A stretch of DNA of 64,000 nt from an uncultured Rikenellaceae bacterium (GCA_947040435.1 CAMRBL010000001.1:8440-72439), one strand, 5' to 3'; shown: positions 1 through 10,277, counted from the stretch's first letter. Notes: generated by a model not told the origin, from the sequence alone. Made by a program: numbers and translations.

Positions 1-606
1 TACTTCATATACTACTATAAAGGGTATATACTCGCATGTATCTCCGCCATATTCAGACCCAAGATACTAGATAAACTTATGGAGGAACAAAACCATATAT
101 TTGAGACTTTTATGAAGTTCTCAATAGCGTGTGGCTTGTCAACTATTGCATTTACTACACTGAAACTTTTTGAAATTTCATTCCCAACAATAACACTAGA
201 TCAATCATTAAATATATCTACAACAACTCTAGCTTACACAATTATACTAGCAATAGCCACAATATACATATTTAAAACTGTAGCTATATATATAGTCGGG
301 AAACTAACCCATTCAGATGGGCTAATGGTAAGTTTAATCCGATATTTAAACCTAAACCTAATTACTACGACACTTATATTAACGCCCCTTTATATCGTAC
401 TATATCAGTCATTTGGCATTTGGCAAACAATTATACTATATTTGATTGCGATTACTTTAATATTGATGTCAATTTTACTCTTTTTTAATAGTTACCTACT
501 CTTTATTAAGCAAAAAGTTTCTATTTTATATTGGTTTTTGTATCTTTGTGCCATTGAATTTTTACCTCTTAGTTTAGTAATACTTTTGGGGTGTAAAAAT
601 TTATAA
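1..606 (+). CDS. DUF4271-like polytopic membrane protein, 5'-truncated by the window edge
   Basis: Frame 1 is open from base 1 (YFIYYYKGYILACISAIFRPKILDKL precedes the M at 79), so the gene probably starts upstream. The product is very hydrophobic with several TM segments. Its position directly upstream of the HemD-like/rnpA/yidD block is the usual Bacteroidota arrangement. Confidence 0.6.
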   Translation, partial: YFIYYYKGYILACISAIFRPKILDKLMEEQNHIFETFMKFSIACGLSTIAFTTLKLFEISFPTITLDQSLNISTTTLAYTIILAIATIYIFKTVAIYIVGKLTHSDGLMVSLIRYLNLNLITTTLILTPLYIVLYQSFGIWQTIILYLIAITLILMSILLFFNSYLLFIKQKVSILYWFLYLCAIEFLPLSLVILLGCKNL

Positions 607-635
607 CTATATTAGATATCAAAAATATTAGTGTC

Positions 636-1496
636 TTGAAAATAAGCAATATACTTGTGTCACAGCCAGTGCCTGTGGTAATAGAGAAATCACCATTCAG
701 TGATATTATACAGAAATTTAAATTAAAAGTTGCATTTAACCCATTCCTTAAAATAGAAGGGGTAACCCTTAAAGGATTTATTGCACAAAGAGTAAATATT
801 TTAGAACATACAACTATTATATTTACCACAAGAGCAATGATTGATAACTTTTTTAGAATTTGTGAAGAGTCTCGAATCACTATACCAGATACAATGAAGT
901 ATCTCTGCAACACAGAGACAGTTGCCTTATATATGCAGAAATATATTGTATATCGCAAACGCAAAATCTCATTTGCTGATGGTACATTTGCAAACTTTAT
1001 GGAACTCATTATTAAGAACAGAAGTGAAAAATTATTACTTACACTTGCTGATCCTTATAAACCAGAGATTCCTGATGCAATGGAGAAGCTAAAGTTAAAT
1101 TTTTCTAAAGTGATACTATCGAAGACTATTAGTGCAGACCTTTCGGACGTAAAGTTGAAAGATTATGACATGTTAGTGTTTTATAGCCCAAATGAGATTG
1201 CAACACTAGTCTCAGTATATGGAACAGAAAACTTACCATTGATTGCAACCTTTGGTGATGGCACAACTCGTGCTGCAATAAATGCAGGAATTAGTGTCAA
1301 CGTTATGGCGCCAACTCCAAAGGCACCATCGATGTCAAAGGCGCTAGATATATTCCTAACTGAGCTTCAAAGCTGCGATGTAGCGCCAACAATAAATGAG
1401 ATAAAAGAGAATCAGAATGTCGATGAATTCATTAAGGCTCAAGAGGCTAAGCTAGTGAAAAAAACAAGAGTTCGAAAAGCAACTACAATTAAATAG
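636..1496 (+). CDS. Uroporphyrinogen-III synthase (HEM4/HemD-like) family protein with a Lys-rich C-terminal tail
   Basis: The translation shows the two-lobe HemD-like pattern (ILVSQP...FTTRAMIDNFF...VFYSPNEIATL...ATFGDGTTRAA). Synteny with rnpA and yidD supports the call. Confidence 0.65.
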   Translation: MKISNILVSQPVPVVIEKSPFSDIIQKFKLKVAFNPFLKIEGVTLKGFIAQRVNILEHTTIIFTTRAMIDNFFRICEESRITIPDTMKYLCNTETVALYMQKYIVYRKRKISFADGTFANFMELIIKNRSEKLLLTLADPYKPEIPDAMEKLKLNFSKVILSKTISADLSDVKLKDYDMLVFYSPNEIATLVSVYGTENLPLIATFGDGTTRAAINAGISVNVMAPTPKAPSMSKALDIFLTELQSCDVAPTINEIKENQNVDEFIKAQEAKLVKKTRVRKATTIK

Positions 1497-1498
1497 AG

Positions 1499-1918
1499 AT
1501 GGATAAAGTAATGGATAATTCTCTTACCAAAAAAGAGCGTCTTTGCGGAAAGAGTGTTATTTCAGAGCTGTTCAACTCAAATAATTCTCTCTTTTGCTAC
1601 CCATTTAGATGTTTATGGGAAGCTGTTCCTCTAGATAATAGTGAGAATAATGAGAGTAATGACAATCAACCAACAGTTAGCGTACTTTTTTCTGTCCCTA
1701 AAAGGAGAGTTAAGCACGCTAACAAACGGAATCTTGTAAAACGTAGAATGAAAGAGTCTTACAGACTAAATAAACACGCTTTAGTCGACTCCGTAAACAT
1801 TAACAACCAGAGTATTCACGTAGCATTATTATATGTCTCTACGGACATCCTGGATTATCACAAAATTGAAGCGGCAATAAAAACACTACTTGTTGAGATT
1901 GAAAAAGTTAATAAATAG
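1499..1918 (+). CDS. rnpA: Ribonuclease P protein component
   Basis: Small basic protein with the KKERL...[26 protein letters not shown] motif typical of RnpA. It lies immediately upstream of and overlaps yidD. Confidence 0.85.
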   Translation: MDKVMDNSLTKKERLCGKSVISELFNSNNSLFCYPFRCLWEAVPLDNSENNESNDNQPTVSVLFSVPKRRVKHANKRNLVKRRMKESYRLNKHALVDSVNINNQSIHVALLYVSTDILDYHKIEAAIKTLLVEIEKVNK

Positions 1919-2132
1919 AGTTCTAATATCACCCTTGCTTCTCCTTATATGGATATATCGCAACTGCATATCTCCATTTACTCCTCCTTCATGCCGATTT
2001 ACACCTACTTGTTCTGCCTACTCAATTGAGGCACTGAAGCGTCATGGAGTAATAAAAGGGAGCTGGCTGACAATTAAACGCCTTTCAAAATGCCACCCTT
2101 GGGGAGGAAGTGGATATGATCCTGTACCGTAA
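1890..2132 (+). CDS. yidD: Membrane protein insertion efficiency factor YidD
   Basis: [46 protein letters not shown] is the conserved YidD signature. Confidence 0.9.
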   Translation: MLRLKKLINRVLISPLLLLIWIYRNCISPFTPPSCRFTPTCSAYSIEALKRHGVIKGSWLTIKRLSKCHPWGGSGYDPVP

Positions 2133-2162
2133 CTGTATCTACTCACTGAAATAACGTAACAA

Positions 2163-2219
2163 CGCCCATACATGAAAGTTCTGTGCTCGAAATAAGCTAG
2201 AAACTCTCTTGTATGGGCG
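2163..2219. terminator. Long hairpin between convergent yidD and trmB; possible bidirectional terminator or structured RNA
   Basis: Perfect 10-bp arms CGCCCATACA (2163-2172) and TGTATGGGCG (2210-2219) are separated by 37 nt that can pair further imperfectly. A moderately T-rich tract follows on the minus strand only. Confidence 0.35.
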
Positions 2220-2259
2220 GTGCTGCTACTACATGATCGAAGTAGTCAAATACTATCGA

Positions 2260-2976
2260 TTATAAATCTTCGTCTGGCGCAAATTCTGGCGACTCGAAGC
2301 TAGTTTTTCCCTCTAAATGGAACTTCAGATAAGTAATAGTAAATCCATCTGCAAGGAACAATCCCTCATATCTTGTACGTATAGATAATACATCATCTGC
2401 ATACCCTGTACCATATATGTCGTTGCAACTCTCCGCAAGTGGTAGTTTATTTAATTCAATATTTGCCTTCGTATACTCGTGTAAGTGCTGACTATCTGTC
2501 TTTAAATTAATGTATCCATTTGGCTCTAAAAAGCCAGAATAAAGTGACAAAAACTCTGGAGATGTCAAACGCTTCTTAACTCTATCCTTCTTTAACTGAG
2601 GATCTGGAAAAGTAATCCATATCTCACTAACCTCATCCTTTGCAAAAAATGAGCTTATAAACTCTATTCTAGTACGAAGGAAGCCAACATTGAACATACT
2701 ATTCTCTGTTGCAGTCTTTGCTCCTCGCCACATTCGTGCTCCCTTGATATCTATTCCGATAAAGTTCTTATCTGGAAATTTCTCCGCTAAATTTACTGTA
2801 TACTCTCCTCTTCCGCACCCAAGTTCAAGAACAATAGGATTATTATTTTTGAAGAATTTTGCTCCCCACTCGCCTTTTAGTTCGTGGTCCTTACGAAATA
2901 TATCATCAAACTCTGGCTGGATAAGGTTTGTGAAGGTTAAATTTTCTTGAAATCTTTTGAATTTATCTTTTCCCAT
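2260..2976 (-). CDS. trmB: tRNA (guanine-N7)-methyltransferase
   Basis: SAM-binding motif LELGCGRGEYTVNLAEKFPDKNFIGIDIKG and the FPDPQLKK motif are characteristic of TrmB. Confidence 0.85.
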   Translation of the reverse strand: MGKDKFKRFQENLTFTNLIQPEFDDIFRKDHELKGEWGAKFFKNNNPIVLELGCGRGEYTVNLAEKFPDKNFIGIDIKGARMWRGAKTATENSMFNVGFLRTRIEFISSFFAKDEVSEIWITFPDPQLKKDRVKKRLTSPEFLSLYSGFLEPNGYINLKTDSQHLHEYTKANIELNKLPLAESCNDIYGTGYADDVLSIRTRYEGLFLADGFTITYLKFHLEGKTSFESPEFAPDEDL

Positions 2977-3081
2977 TACTAAGAAATTGTTTTATATGTA
3001 TTTGTATTTCTAATATTTTATCACTGTAATAATACAGCACGTTACACAAAGGGTAGACTCTTTACTATACGAATAGCCGCT

Positions 3082-3525
3082 CTATTTTGACCGATTAATC
3101 TCAATTCCAACAGAATGAACCGACTTAATAGCACTTTTGTTATGGGAGATACAAAAGTTGTATCTCCCCTTATTTAATCTAACTCTATCCCTAAAGGGGA
3201 TGACTACACTAGTATATCTACTAAACCCTCTTTCATGTTGGAGTTTTTCAATAGTTATATGGTCTGTCACCTCAGCATCCGTTGAATCAGATGTTGTTAT
3301 ATTTACAATTAAATCCTCTTCACTATAATCTTTATTGACTCTTAATATGAAAGACAACTCCAACAATGAAGTTGTGTCAATATTATTATAATCAATACAT
3401 ATTGTATCCAAACCACCCCAATCCATGGGATCTGTCTGTTCTATTACGGCCACATGCGGATTAATACAACTCCCAAAAAGTGACGCAATGAGTGATACTA
3501 TAACTATTTTGAAGCGATTACCCAT
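3082..3525 (-). CDS. gldH: Small lipoprotein, GldH-like (gliding motility/T9SS-associated lipoprotein family)
   Basis: Lipoprotein signal (LIASLFGSC). Size is about 150 aa. The C-terminal pattern RLNKGRYNFCISHN...VHSVGIEI resembles GldH, and the gene sits directly downstream of a PSP1 gene as in many Bacteroidota. Family call is from memory of the pattern, not from a search. Confidence 0.5.
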   Translation of the reverse strand: MGNRFKIVIVSLIASLFGSCINPHVAVIEQTDPMDWGGLDTICIDYNNIDTTSLLELSFILRVNKDYSEEDLIVNITTSDSTDAEVTDHITIEKLQHERGFSRYTSVVIPFRDRVRLNKGRYNFCISHNKSAIKSVHSVGIEINRSK

Positions 3526-3534
3526 AATTATCTA

Positions 3535-5058
3535 CTACTCGTTGCTCTCTGTTTTAGGTTTATTATCCACCCTATCTCTACTTTTGAAACGTCTATTACC
3601 ATTTCTACGAGGTTTGCTTGGACTTTTTGCTGTGTTATCTGCATCAACATTTACAGGAGCTTTAGAGACCTCTTTTTTAACCTCAGGTTGCGGAGATACA
3701 GCACCCGTAACAACCTTAGGTTGCTCTGGTTTTACTCTATTACTCTGTGGTCTATTAGAATTATTTACTCTCCTCCTTTGTGGTCTTTGCCCCTCCTTAA
3801 CTACACTAGCATCCTTCTCTACAACACTATCTGCTACAACTGAATTCGGATTAGGCTTAGATGGTGCTCCAGCAGCTGTTCTTGCTCCAGGACGAGGCTT
3901 ATTATCACCATTTTGACGTTTGCGATTCTTATTGTTTGGTCGCTTAGTACTATCAAAACGTGTAATACTATCTGCTTCAATCATATTGACAAAACTAGGT
4001 TCTGCAACTATCTTTGGACGAGATTTCTCATCTATCATTGAATCGACCTTCTGTCCCCTCTTATTTATCTCTAAGATCTCTTTAACTCTACGAATAGGTA
4101 ATGTAACCAATCCAATCATAGAGTGAGGACTTGTACTAAAGGTCATTGTTCCTGCAAGTATATCATTCTTAAAGAGATAGAACTCTCCATCTAATGCTTG
4201 TAACGGTTGATTTATTCTAGGGAAGGCCTTACGAGCATCAATATATGAATCAAGTTCGTAAACCAAACAACACTTCAACTTACCACACTGACCAGCAAGC
4301 TTCTGCGGGTTCAAAGAGATCTCCTGAGAACGTGCAGAGTTAGTAGTTACCGAAACAAAATTCGACATCCACGATGCACAACAAAGTTGTCTGCCACATG
4401 AACCCAAGCCACCAATACGTCCAGCCTCTTGTCTTGCGCCAATCTGCTTCATCTCAACACGTATGCTGAATTGATCCGCTAGAACCTTTATTAACTCTCT
4501 AAAGTCTACTCGCTCATCTGCAATGTAGTAGAAAATTGCCTTTATCTTATCTCCCTGAAACTCAACGTCTCCAATCTTCATGTTGAGCTTCAACTCTGCA
4601 ACAATTTGACGTGATGCGATCATAGTCTCGTGCTCAAGAGCAATAGACTCTTGCCACTTCTCAATATCATAGGCCTTAGCTTTACGATATATCTTCTTAT
4701 ACTCGCCGTTTAGAGGATTAAAACCTACTCGCTTCATCTGCTTTGCAACAATATCCCCAGTTAAAGAGACAATACCTATATCGTGACCAGGAGACGCCTC
4801 TACGGCAACAATATCTCCCTTTTGAAGAGGTAGGTTGTTTACATTCTTATAGTAGCTCTTGCGAGTATTCTTAAACCTGATTTCAAAAATATCTGTTGGA
4901 AATACATTTGGCATATCCTCCATCCAGTCGGTAGAGGGCAGTTTATAGTAACCCTCATTAGAGAGTGCTGTCGACTCATCGCCACAGTTACAAAAGCTAC
5001 ACCCTCTCTCTGAATCGGTGCAACAACTCCCTTTTTTATATTTATTTTTACAATTCAT
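3535..5058 (-). CDS. PSP1 domain protein (RicT/YaaT-like) with Cys-rich N-terminus and a long basic low-complexity C-terminal tail
   Basis: The core (...GSCGRQLCCASWMSNF...GQCGKLKCCLVYE...) is the PSP1 C-terminal domain signature. The last roughly 150 aa are K/R/P/N/S-rich. Confidence 0.8.
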   Translation of the reverse strand: MNCKNKYKKGSCCTDSERGCSFCNCGDESTALSNEGYYKLPSTDWMEDMPNVFPTDIFEIRFKNTRKSYYKNVNNLPLQKGDIVAVEASPGHDIGIVSLTGDIVAKQMKRVGFNPLNGEYKKIYRKAKAYDIEKWQESIALEHETMIASRQIVAELKLNMKIGDVEFQGDKIKAIFYYIADERVDFRELIKVLADQFSIRVEMKQIGARQEAGRIGGLGSCGRQLCCASWMSNFVSVTTNSARSQEISLNPQKLAGQCGKLKCCLVYELDSYIDARKAFPRINQPLQALDGEFYLFKNDILAGTMTFSTSPHSMIGLVTLPIRRVKEILEINKRGQKVDSMIDEKSRPKIVAEPSFVNMIEADSITRFDSTKRPNNKNRKRQNGDNKPRPGARTAAGAPSKPNPNSVVADSVVEKDASVVKEGQRPQRRRVNNSNRPQSNRVKPEQPKVVTGAVSPQPEVKKEVSKAPVNVDADNTAKSPSKPRRNGNRRFKSRDRVDNKPKTESNE

Positions 5059-5091
5059 TATTTCTGATTTTATACAAAGATAAAATATTTT

Positions 5092-6453
5092 TTATAATTC
5101 GGTAATACGTGCTCTTCTTATCTGAAGATATAATTTTCGATACCTTAGTACAAGGAGTACTGAGGCGATAGATAATCCAATAATAGTTCCAACCCATAAA
5201 CCTGGTGCTCCCATGCCTAAAACAAATGCACAAACGTAACTAGTTGGCATACCAATTAGTAAATATGAAATTGTTGCCACTATCATAATACTTTTCACAT
5301 CCTTCATACCTCGCAACACTCCGATAGCGATACACTGAATTCCATCAGATATTTGAAAGAATGCGATGAAAATCAGTAGATGTGATGCCAACTCAATTGC
5401 AGCAGGATCACTTGTAAACAGCAGTGGGATATGATTCCTTAAAAGGACAATGGTAGTTGCAGATATAATATTCCATACAAAACCGATATGGAACGATGCA
5501 ATCGCAGCCCTATTCATCATCTTTAAATTCCCTACTCCAAACTCATGACTAACGCGAATAGTAGTCGCAGCACACACTCCCAAGACCATCATAAAGGCCA
5601 AAGAACCAATTAATGTCGCAATCTGATTCGCCGCAATCTCCGTTGTTCCGATCCAGCCCATCATTATAGCGATGAGTCCAAAAACAGAACTCTCCATAAG
5701 GAGTTGGAGTGATATGGGTGTTCCCACTTTTAATAGAGATTTAATATATCTACTATTAAATTTAGTCATAGAGAAAAATTTGAAATATTTCTTCAATTTT
5801 GTATTTTTCCACATGTAAACCAAGATTAGTATTGGCATACAAAACCTAGCAATCATTGTACTTAGACCCGCTCCTGCGGCACCCATCTCTGGAAAACCCC
5901 AATTACCATAGATTAGAAGGTAGTTTCCAATAACATTCAGAATGTTGGTCGAGAGCATTACAATCATAGCGATTTTTGTGTTTCCGACACCCTCTAAAAA
6001 CTGCTTACATGTAGAGAATATCATGAAAGGTACAAGAGAAAAAACCAAATATCTATAATAAGGAACTGCAACATCAACAACCTCTTGAGGCTGACCCATA
6101 TGGTCTATCAGTGGTATTGTCAAAAGCTGAAGTGCAGTGATAAATGCTCCACAAAGAATAAATAAAAGGAGTCCATTTTGAAGATACCTCGCTGACTCTT
6201 TGTGATTTCTTCTAGCAAATGACCCCCCAACTAATGGTGTCTCTCCCATGGTCAAGCCCATAGCAAAAACAAAAACTAAAAAAAATAGTGTTCCTCCAAA
6301 TGATACGGCAGCTAGTGGAACAGTACCAATCGTTCCAACCATGGCATTGTCAACTAATTGGACAACAACTTGTCCTACATTGGATATTACGGCTGGTGTA
6401 GCGAGTTTAATAGTTTGAATATATTGGTGTTTATATCGTTTTAGTGCAAACAT
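5092..6453 (-). CDS. MATE family efflux transporter
   Basis: A 453-aa, 12-TM-type protein with the N-terminal pattern ...LATPAVISNVGQVVVQLVDNAMVG... typical of MATE/NorM. Confidence 0.8.
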   Translation of the reverse strand: MFALKRYKHQYIQTIKLATPAVISNVGQVVVQLVDNAMVGTIGTVPLAAVSFGGTLFFLVFVFAMGLTMGETPLVGGSFARRNHKESARYLQNGLLLFILCGAFITALQLLTIPLIDHMGQPQEVVDVAVPYYRYLVFSLVPFMIFSTCKQFLEGVGNTKIAMIVMLSTNILNVIGNYLLIYGNWGFPEMGAAGAGLSTMIARFCMPILILVYMWKNTKLKKYFKFFSMTKFNSRYIKSLLKVGTPISLQLLMESSVFGLIAIMMGWIGTTEIAANQIATLIGSLAFMMVLGVCAATTIRVSHEFGVGNLKMMNRAAIASFHIGFVWNIISATTIVLLRNHIPLLFTSDPAAIELASHLLIFIAFFQISDGIQCIAIGVLRGMKDVKSIMIVATISYLLIGMPTSYVCAFVLGMGAPGLWVGTIIGLSIASVLLVLRYRKLYLQIRRARITEL

Positions 6454-6488
6454 TTTATATCTAATTTTAATTGTACAAAGGTAGTGAA

Positions 6489-6514
6489 GAAAACATGAGT
6501 TTTCAAAAAAGTTA
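6489..6514. repeat. Half copy of the palindromic intergenic element family (see 56041-56096)
   Basis: GAAAACATGAGTTTTCAAAAAAGTTA aligns with the left arm GAAAACGAAGTTTTCAAAGAAGTTT of the full elements. It lies directly 3' of uvrA. Confidence 0.45.
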
Positions 6515-6537
6515 AGTGACTGTTTCAGCTTTTATTA

Positions 6538-9378
6538 TCACCTCTCCTCACTAATGGGCTTTAACATCCCCTTTAAGAATTGACCCGTATAGCTCTCCGC
6601 ACACATCGCAACATCTGTCGGTGTTCCTGTCGTTACAAGGTTACCTCCTGCAGCTCCTCCCTCAGAACCTATGTCTATAATATAATCTGCAACCTTCACA
6701 ACATCAAGGTTATGCTCAATGACGATAACACTATTACCCCTATCCACAAGTCTATTTAGAACATCAAGTAGTTGTCTAACATCTTCAAAATGCAATCCAG
6801 TTGTAGGCTCATCAAATATATATAGTGTCTGACCCGTATCTCGCTTAGATAACTCTGTGGCAAGTTTTATACGCTGACACTCCCCTCCCGAAAGAGTAGT
6901 ACATGGCTGTCCTAAAGTTAGATAACCAAGCCCAACATCTTTTATAGCTTGTAGCTTTATGCAAATACTTGGAAGGTTCTCAAAGAACTCAACAGCACGA
7001 TTTACTGTCATATCCAAAATATCGTTAATGCTTTCTCCCTTATATTTAACCTCTAGCGTCTCTCTATTATATCGCTTGCCTCCGCAAACCTTACATTTTA
7101 CATATACGTCTGGAAGAAAATTCATCTCAATAGTCTGTACTCCAGCTCCTCTACACTCTTCACATCTACCTCCCTTGACATTAAATGAGAAGCGACCAGC
7201 TTTGAAACCCCTAATCTGAGCATCGGGCGTTGCCTCAAACAGCTTGCGTATCAATCCAAAAACATCTGAATACGTAGCGGGATTACTTCTTGGAGTTCTA
7301 CCAATAGGCGATTGATCTACAACAACCATCTTGTCAATATTCTCAATCCCCTCAATAGAGTCATACTCCAACGGCTGATCGTAAGAGTTATACAACTCTT
7401 TACTAAATATAACTTTAAGTGTTCCATTGACAAGCGAGGACTTGCCACTTCCACTGACACCAGTAACGCAAACAAACTTACCCAAAGGGAACTCTACATC
7501 TATATTTTTCAAGTTATTTCCCTTTGCTCCTCGAAGAGTGATAGACTTACCATTTCCCTCTCTAAGTGTTGTAGGTATCTCAATTTGCCTTCTGCCATTC
7601 AGGTAGTCCGCAGTAATGCTATTAGATTTTAGAATATCATCAATTCCACCCTTCGCAACAATCTCTCCTCCTCTTACTCCAGCTAAAGGTCCAACATCAA
7701 CAATATAGTCCGCAGTGCGTATCATCTCCTCATCGTGCTCCACAACAACGACAGAGTTTCCTACCTCCTGCAACTTACGCAGTGATTTTATAAGTTTAAT
7801 ATTGTCTCGCTGATGAAGACCAATACTCGGCTCATCCAATATATATAATACATTTACCAACTTAGACCCGATTTGAGTCGCTAGACGTATTCGCTGACTC
7901 TCTCCTCCCGACAGCGTACGTGTAGCACGACTAAGGGATAGATAACCAAGTCCTACGTCAATAAGAAACCCTAGTCGCTCTCCGATCTCTTTTATAATCT
8001 CTCGTGCGATTGCTTGTTGCTTCTTATTTAAGTCATCACTAATTGTTGAGATCCAATCCTTCAGAGAGTCAATACTCATGGCACAAATATCTGCAATGTT
8101 TTTATCTCCAAGTTTAAAGTGTAAAACCTCATCCTTTAACCTTGAGCCATTACATTTATGACAGGTTTGCTTTACCAAAAATTGACCTCCCCATTTAGAT
8201 CCCTTTCCACTATTTGAATCCTCTTCTGTTCGCCTAATATAGTCCGCAATACCCTCCCAAGCAATCATCTGGTTCTCCGAAGAGTATGAAGAGGCTTTTA
8301 GATTTATTGTCAACGGCTCAGAATCTCCATGTAATATTGAAGATATAGCTTTCTTAGATAGTGATTCGAGTGGGTCGTCAATCGTAAAATCATATCTCCT
8401 CCCAAGCCCCTCCATCAGTGCAAATAGTATATTGTTTTTATACTTACCAAGTGGCTCTACACCTCCTGCTTTTAGACTTACCGAACTATCGGGAATAACT
8501 TTATTGAGGTCAAATACAGCCTCCTCACCAAGCCCATTACAGTGAGGACAAGCCCCCTGAGGTGAGTTGAATGAGAATGTATGAGGCGCAGGGTCTACAA
8601 ATGCCACACCCGTTGAAGGGCACATTAAATTTCGTGAGTAGAATCTTGATGTTCCACTATCGTAATCATGTACCGCCATTGTCCCCTTGCCCTGACGCAT
8701 AGCCTCTTTAAGACTCTTCATCAATCTCTCTGAAGAGCTCTCGCCAATTATTAGACGGTCAATAACAAGGTCAATAGTATGTATCTTATATCTATCTAAC
8801 TTTAATCCAACTGAAATCTCTGTGATCTCTCCGTCGATTCGTGCATATATATACCCCTTTTTTGTAAATGATTCAAACAAATCACGATAGTGACCCTTTC
8901 GCCCATTTACTACGGGAGCAAGTATCGCAAGCTTTCGCCCATTAAATCCATCAGATATAAGAGCTGCAATTTGTTCATCCGTATAATGAACCATCTCCTC
9001 TCCAGTTATTGGAGAGTATGCCTTAGAGGCTCGAGCATAGATTAACCTTAAAAAATCATTAATCTCTGTTACAGTACCTACGGTTGAACGAGGATTTTTA
9101 TTCGTGCTCTTCTGCTCAATGGCAACAACGGGACTAAGCCCAGTTATTTTATCAACATCTGGACGCTCCATATTCCCAACAAACTGTCTCGCATACGTAG
9201 ACAACGTCTCAAGGTATCTGCGCTGTCCCTCTGCATACAGGGTGTCAAATGCCAATGATGATTTACCCGATCCCGAGAGACCAGTTATAACGACCAACTC
9301 ATTCCGTGGAATATCTAGGTCGATATTTTTAAGATTGTGCGTTCTAGCACCTAGTATAGATATTTTATTTTGCTTCAC
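6538..9378 (-). CDS. uvrA: Excinuclease ABC subunit A
   Basis: 946 aa with two ABC ATPase modules (GLSGSGKSSL, GVSGSGKSSL, LSGGESQR/LSGGECQR) and zinc-finger Cys pairs. Confidence 0.95.
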   Translation of the reverse strand: MKQNKISILGARTHNLKNIDLDIPRNELVVITGLSGSGKSSLAFDTLYAEGQRRYLETLSTYARQFVGNMERPDVDKITGLSPVVAIEQKSTNKNPRSTVGTVTEINDFLRLIYARASKAYSPITGEEMVHYTDEQIAALISDGFNGRKLAILAPVVNGRKGHYRDLFESFTKKGYIYARIDGEITEISVGLKLDRYKIHTIDLVIDRLIIGESSSERLMKSLKEAMRQGKGTMAVHDYDSGTSRFYSRNLMCPSTGVAFVDPAPHTFSFNSPQGACPHCNGLGEEAVFDLNKVIPDSSVSLKAGGVEPLGKYKNNILFALMEGLGRRYDFTIDDPLESLSKKAISSILHGDSEPLTINLKASSYSSENQMIAWEGIADYIRRTEEDSNSGKGSKWGGQFLVKQTCHKCNGSRLKDEVLHFKLGDKNIADICAMSIDSLKDWISTISDDLNKKQQAIAREIIKEIGERLGFLIDVGLGYLSLSRATRTLSGGESQRIRLATQIGSKLVNVLYILDEPSIGLHQRDNIKLIKSLRKLQEVGNSVVVVEHDEEMIRTADYIVDVGPLAGVRGGEIVAKGGIDDILKSNSITADYLNGRRQIEIPTTLREGNGKSITLRGAKGNNLKNIDVEFPLGKFVCVTGVSGSGKSSLVNGTLKVIFSKELYNSYDQPLEYDSIEGIENIDKMVVVDQSPIGRTPRSNPATYSDVFGLIRKLFEATPDAQIRGFKAGRFSFNVKGGRCEECRGAGVQTIEMNFLPDVYVKCKVCGGKRYNRETLEVKYKGESINDILDMTVNRAVEFFENLPSICIKLQAIKDVGLGYLTLGQPCTTLSGGECQRIKLATELSKRDTGQTLYIFDEPTTGLHFEDVRQLLDVLNRLVDRGNSVIVIEHNLDVVKVADYIIDIGSEGGAAGGNLVTTGTPTDVAMCAESYTGQFLKGMLKPISEER

Positions 9379-10277
9379 TATTTTGTTCTAAATTCTTTTA
9401 TTGGAATCTTTACTTCAAGCTCTCGTAACGAGCTGTTAGCATACTCATAATCTCGTATCCAGTGGTTGAGCTGTCTTAGCATTTTATAGGTTGTTCCGTT
9501 TGCCTTAGCAAATTTACTCCAATCAATAACCTTGCTTGATGTCTTAACTATTGTATATTCATCTAATGGTGCGTAGTAGTCATTAGGTGTTATGACAAAG
9601 CCATATGCACTTGAATTAAGTGTTAAGATCTTAAATGTCAACACCCTAAAAACATATCGCAATGTCTCCTCAGGAAGAAATGTATCATAATAATTTGTCG
9701 TACCTTGCTTATCTAGCCTACGCTTAAGCCCTGCATTTCCCAAATTATATGCCGCAGCAGCTAAAGTCCATGAACCAAGCCTCTTATACGATGCTAATAG
9801 ATACTTACAAGCTGCTTCAGTTGATTTCTCAATATTGTAACGGTCATCAACCTGCTTCCCAGCTTTTAAACCATACTCCTTGCCAGTTCCAGGCATAAGT
9901 TGCCACAACCCTGCCGCTCCCGCATACGACATAACATTAGGATCTAGCCCACTCTCCGCCATACATAGATACTTAAAATCATCTGGAATATTATACTTTT
10001 TTAAGATCGGCTCAATCACTGGAAAATAGCGTGTTGTTGCCAGTAACGTCATAAATGTACGAGAATGCAGATACGAAGTTGACAACAACTCTCGTCTCAA
10101 ACTCTCCTGTGTGTCGAAATTCTCCAGTGGAACTCTCTCTCCTGCAAATGTCAACTTGCCAGGGATATATGGAAGAACCGATTTTGAAAACTCTAAATTT
10201 GACTCTATGATAGATTGAGCTTGAGATGCAACCACAATCCCCATACTTAACAATATCACCACTACTGTTTTTCTCAT
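9378..10277 (-). CDS. Lytic murein transglycosylase (SLT domain), secreted
   Basis: Signal peptide followed by MAESGLDPNVMSYAGAAGLWQLMPGTGKEYGL, the SLT catalytic motif. Confidence 0.8.
   Translation of the reverse strand: MRKTVVVILLSMGIVVASQAQSIIESNLEFSKSVLPYIPGKLTFAGERVPLENFDTQESLRRELLSTSYLHSRTFMTLLATTRYFPVIEPILKKYNIPDDFKYLCMAESGLDPNVMSYAGAAGLWQLMPGTGKEYGLKAGKQVDDRYNIEKSTEAACKYLLASYKRLGSWTLAAAAYNLGNAGLKRRLDKQGTTNYYDTFLPEETLRYVFRVLTFKILTLNSSAYGFVITPNDYYAPLDEYTIVKTSSKVIDWSKFAKANGTTYKMLRQLNHWIRDYEYANSSLRELEVKIPIKEFRTK

Noticed and set aside
2221-2250. Shared motif ACTACATGATC(G/A)AAGT in two convergent spacers (about 2229 and about 20284).
   Set aside because: A 14-of-15 match is expected many times by chance in a 64-kb window once both strands are considered, and the flanks do not align.
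3425-3916. 163-aa plus-strand ORF antisense to the PSP1 gene. Similar long antisense ORFs occur at 60299-60856, 61775-62257, 26853-27356, 19092-19610, 18611-19045, 23770-24216 and 54205-54555.
   Set aside because: Each lies entirely inside a well-supported conserved gene on the other strand. Their translations are low-complexity or Ser/Leu/Ile-rich with no recognisable motif. They are typical shadow ORFs in AT-rich or compositionally biased DNA.
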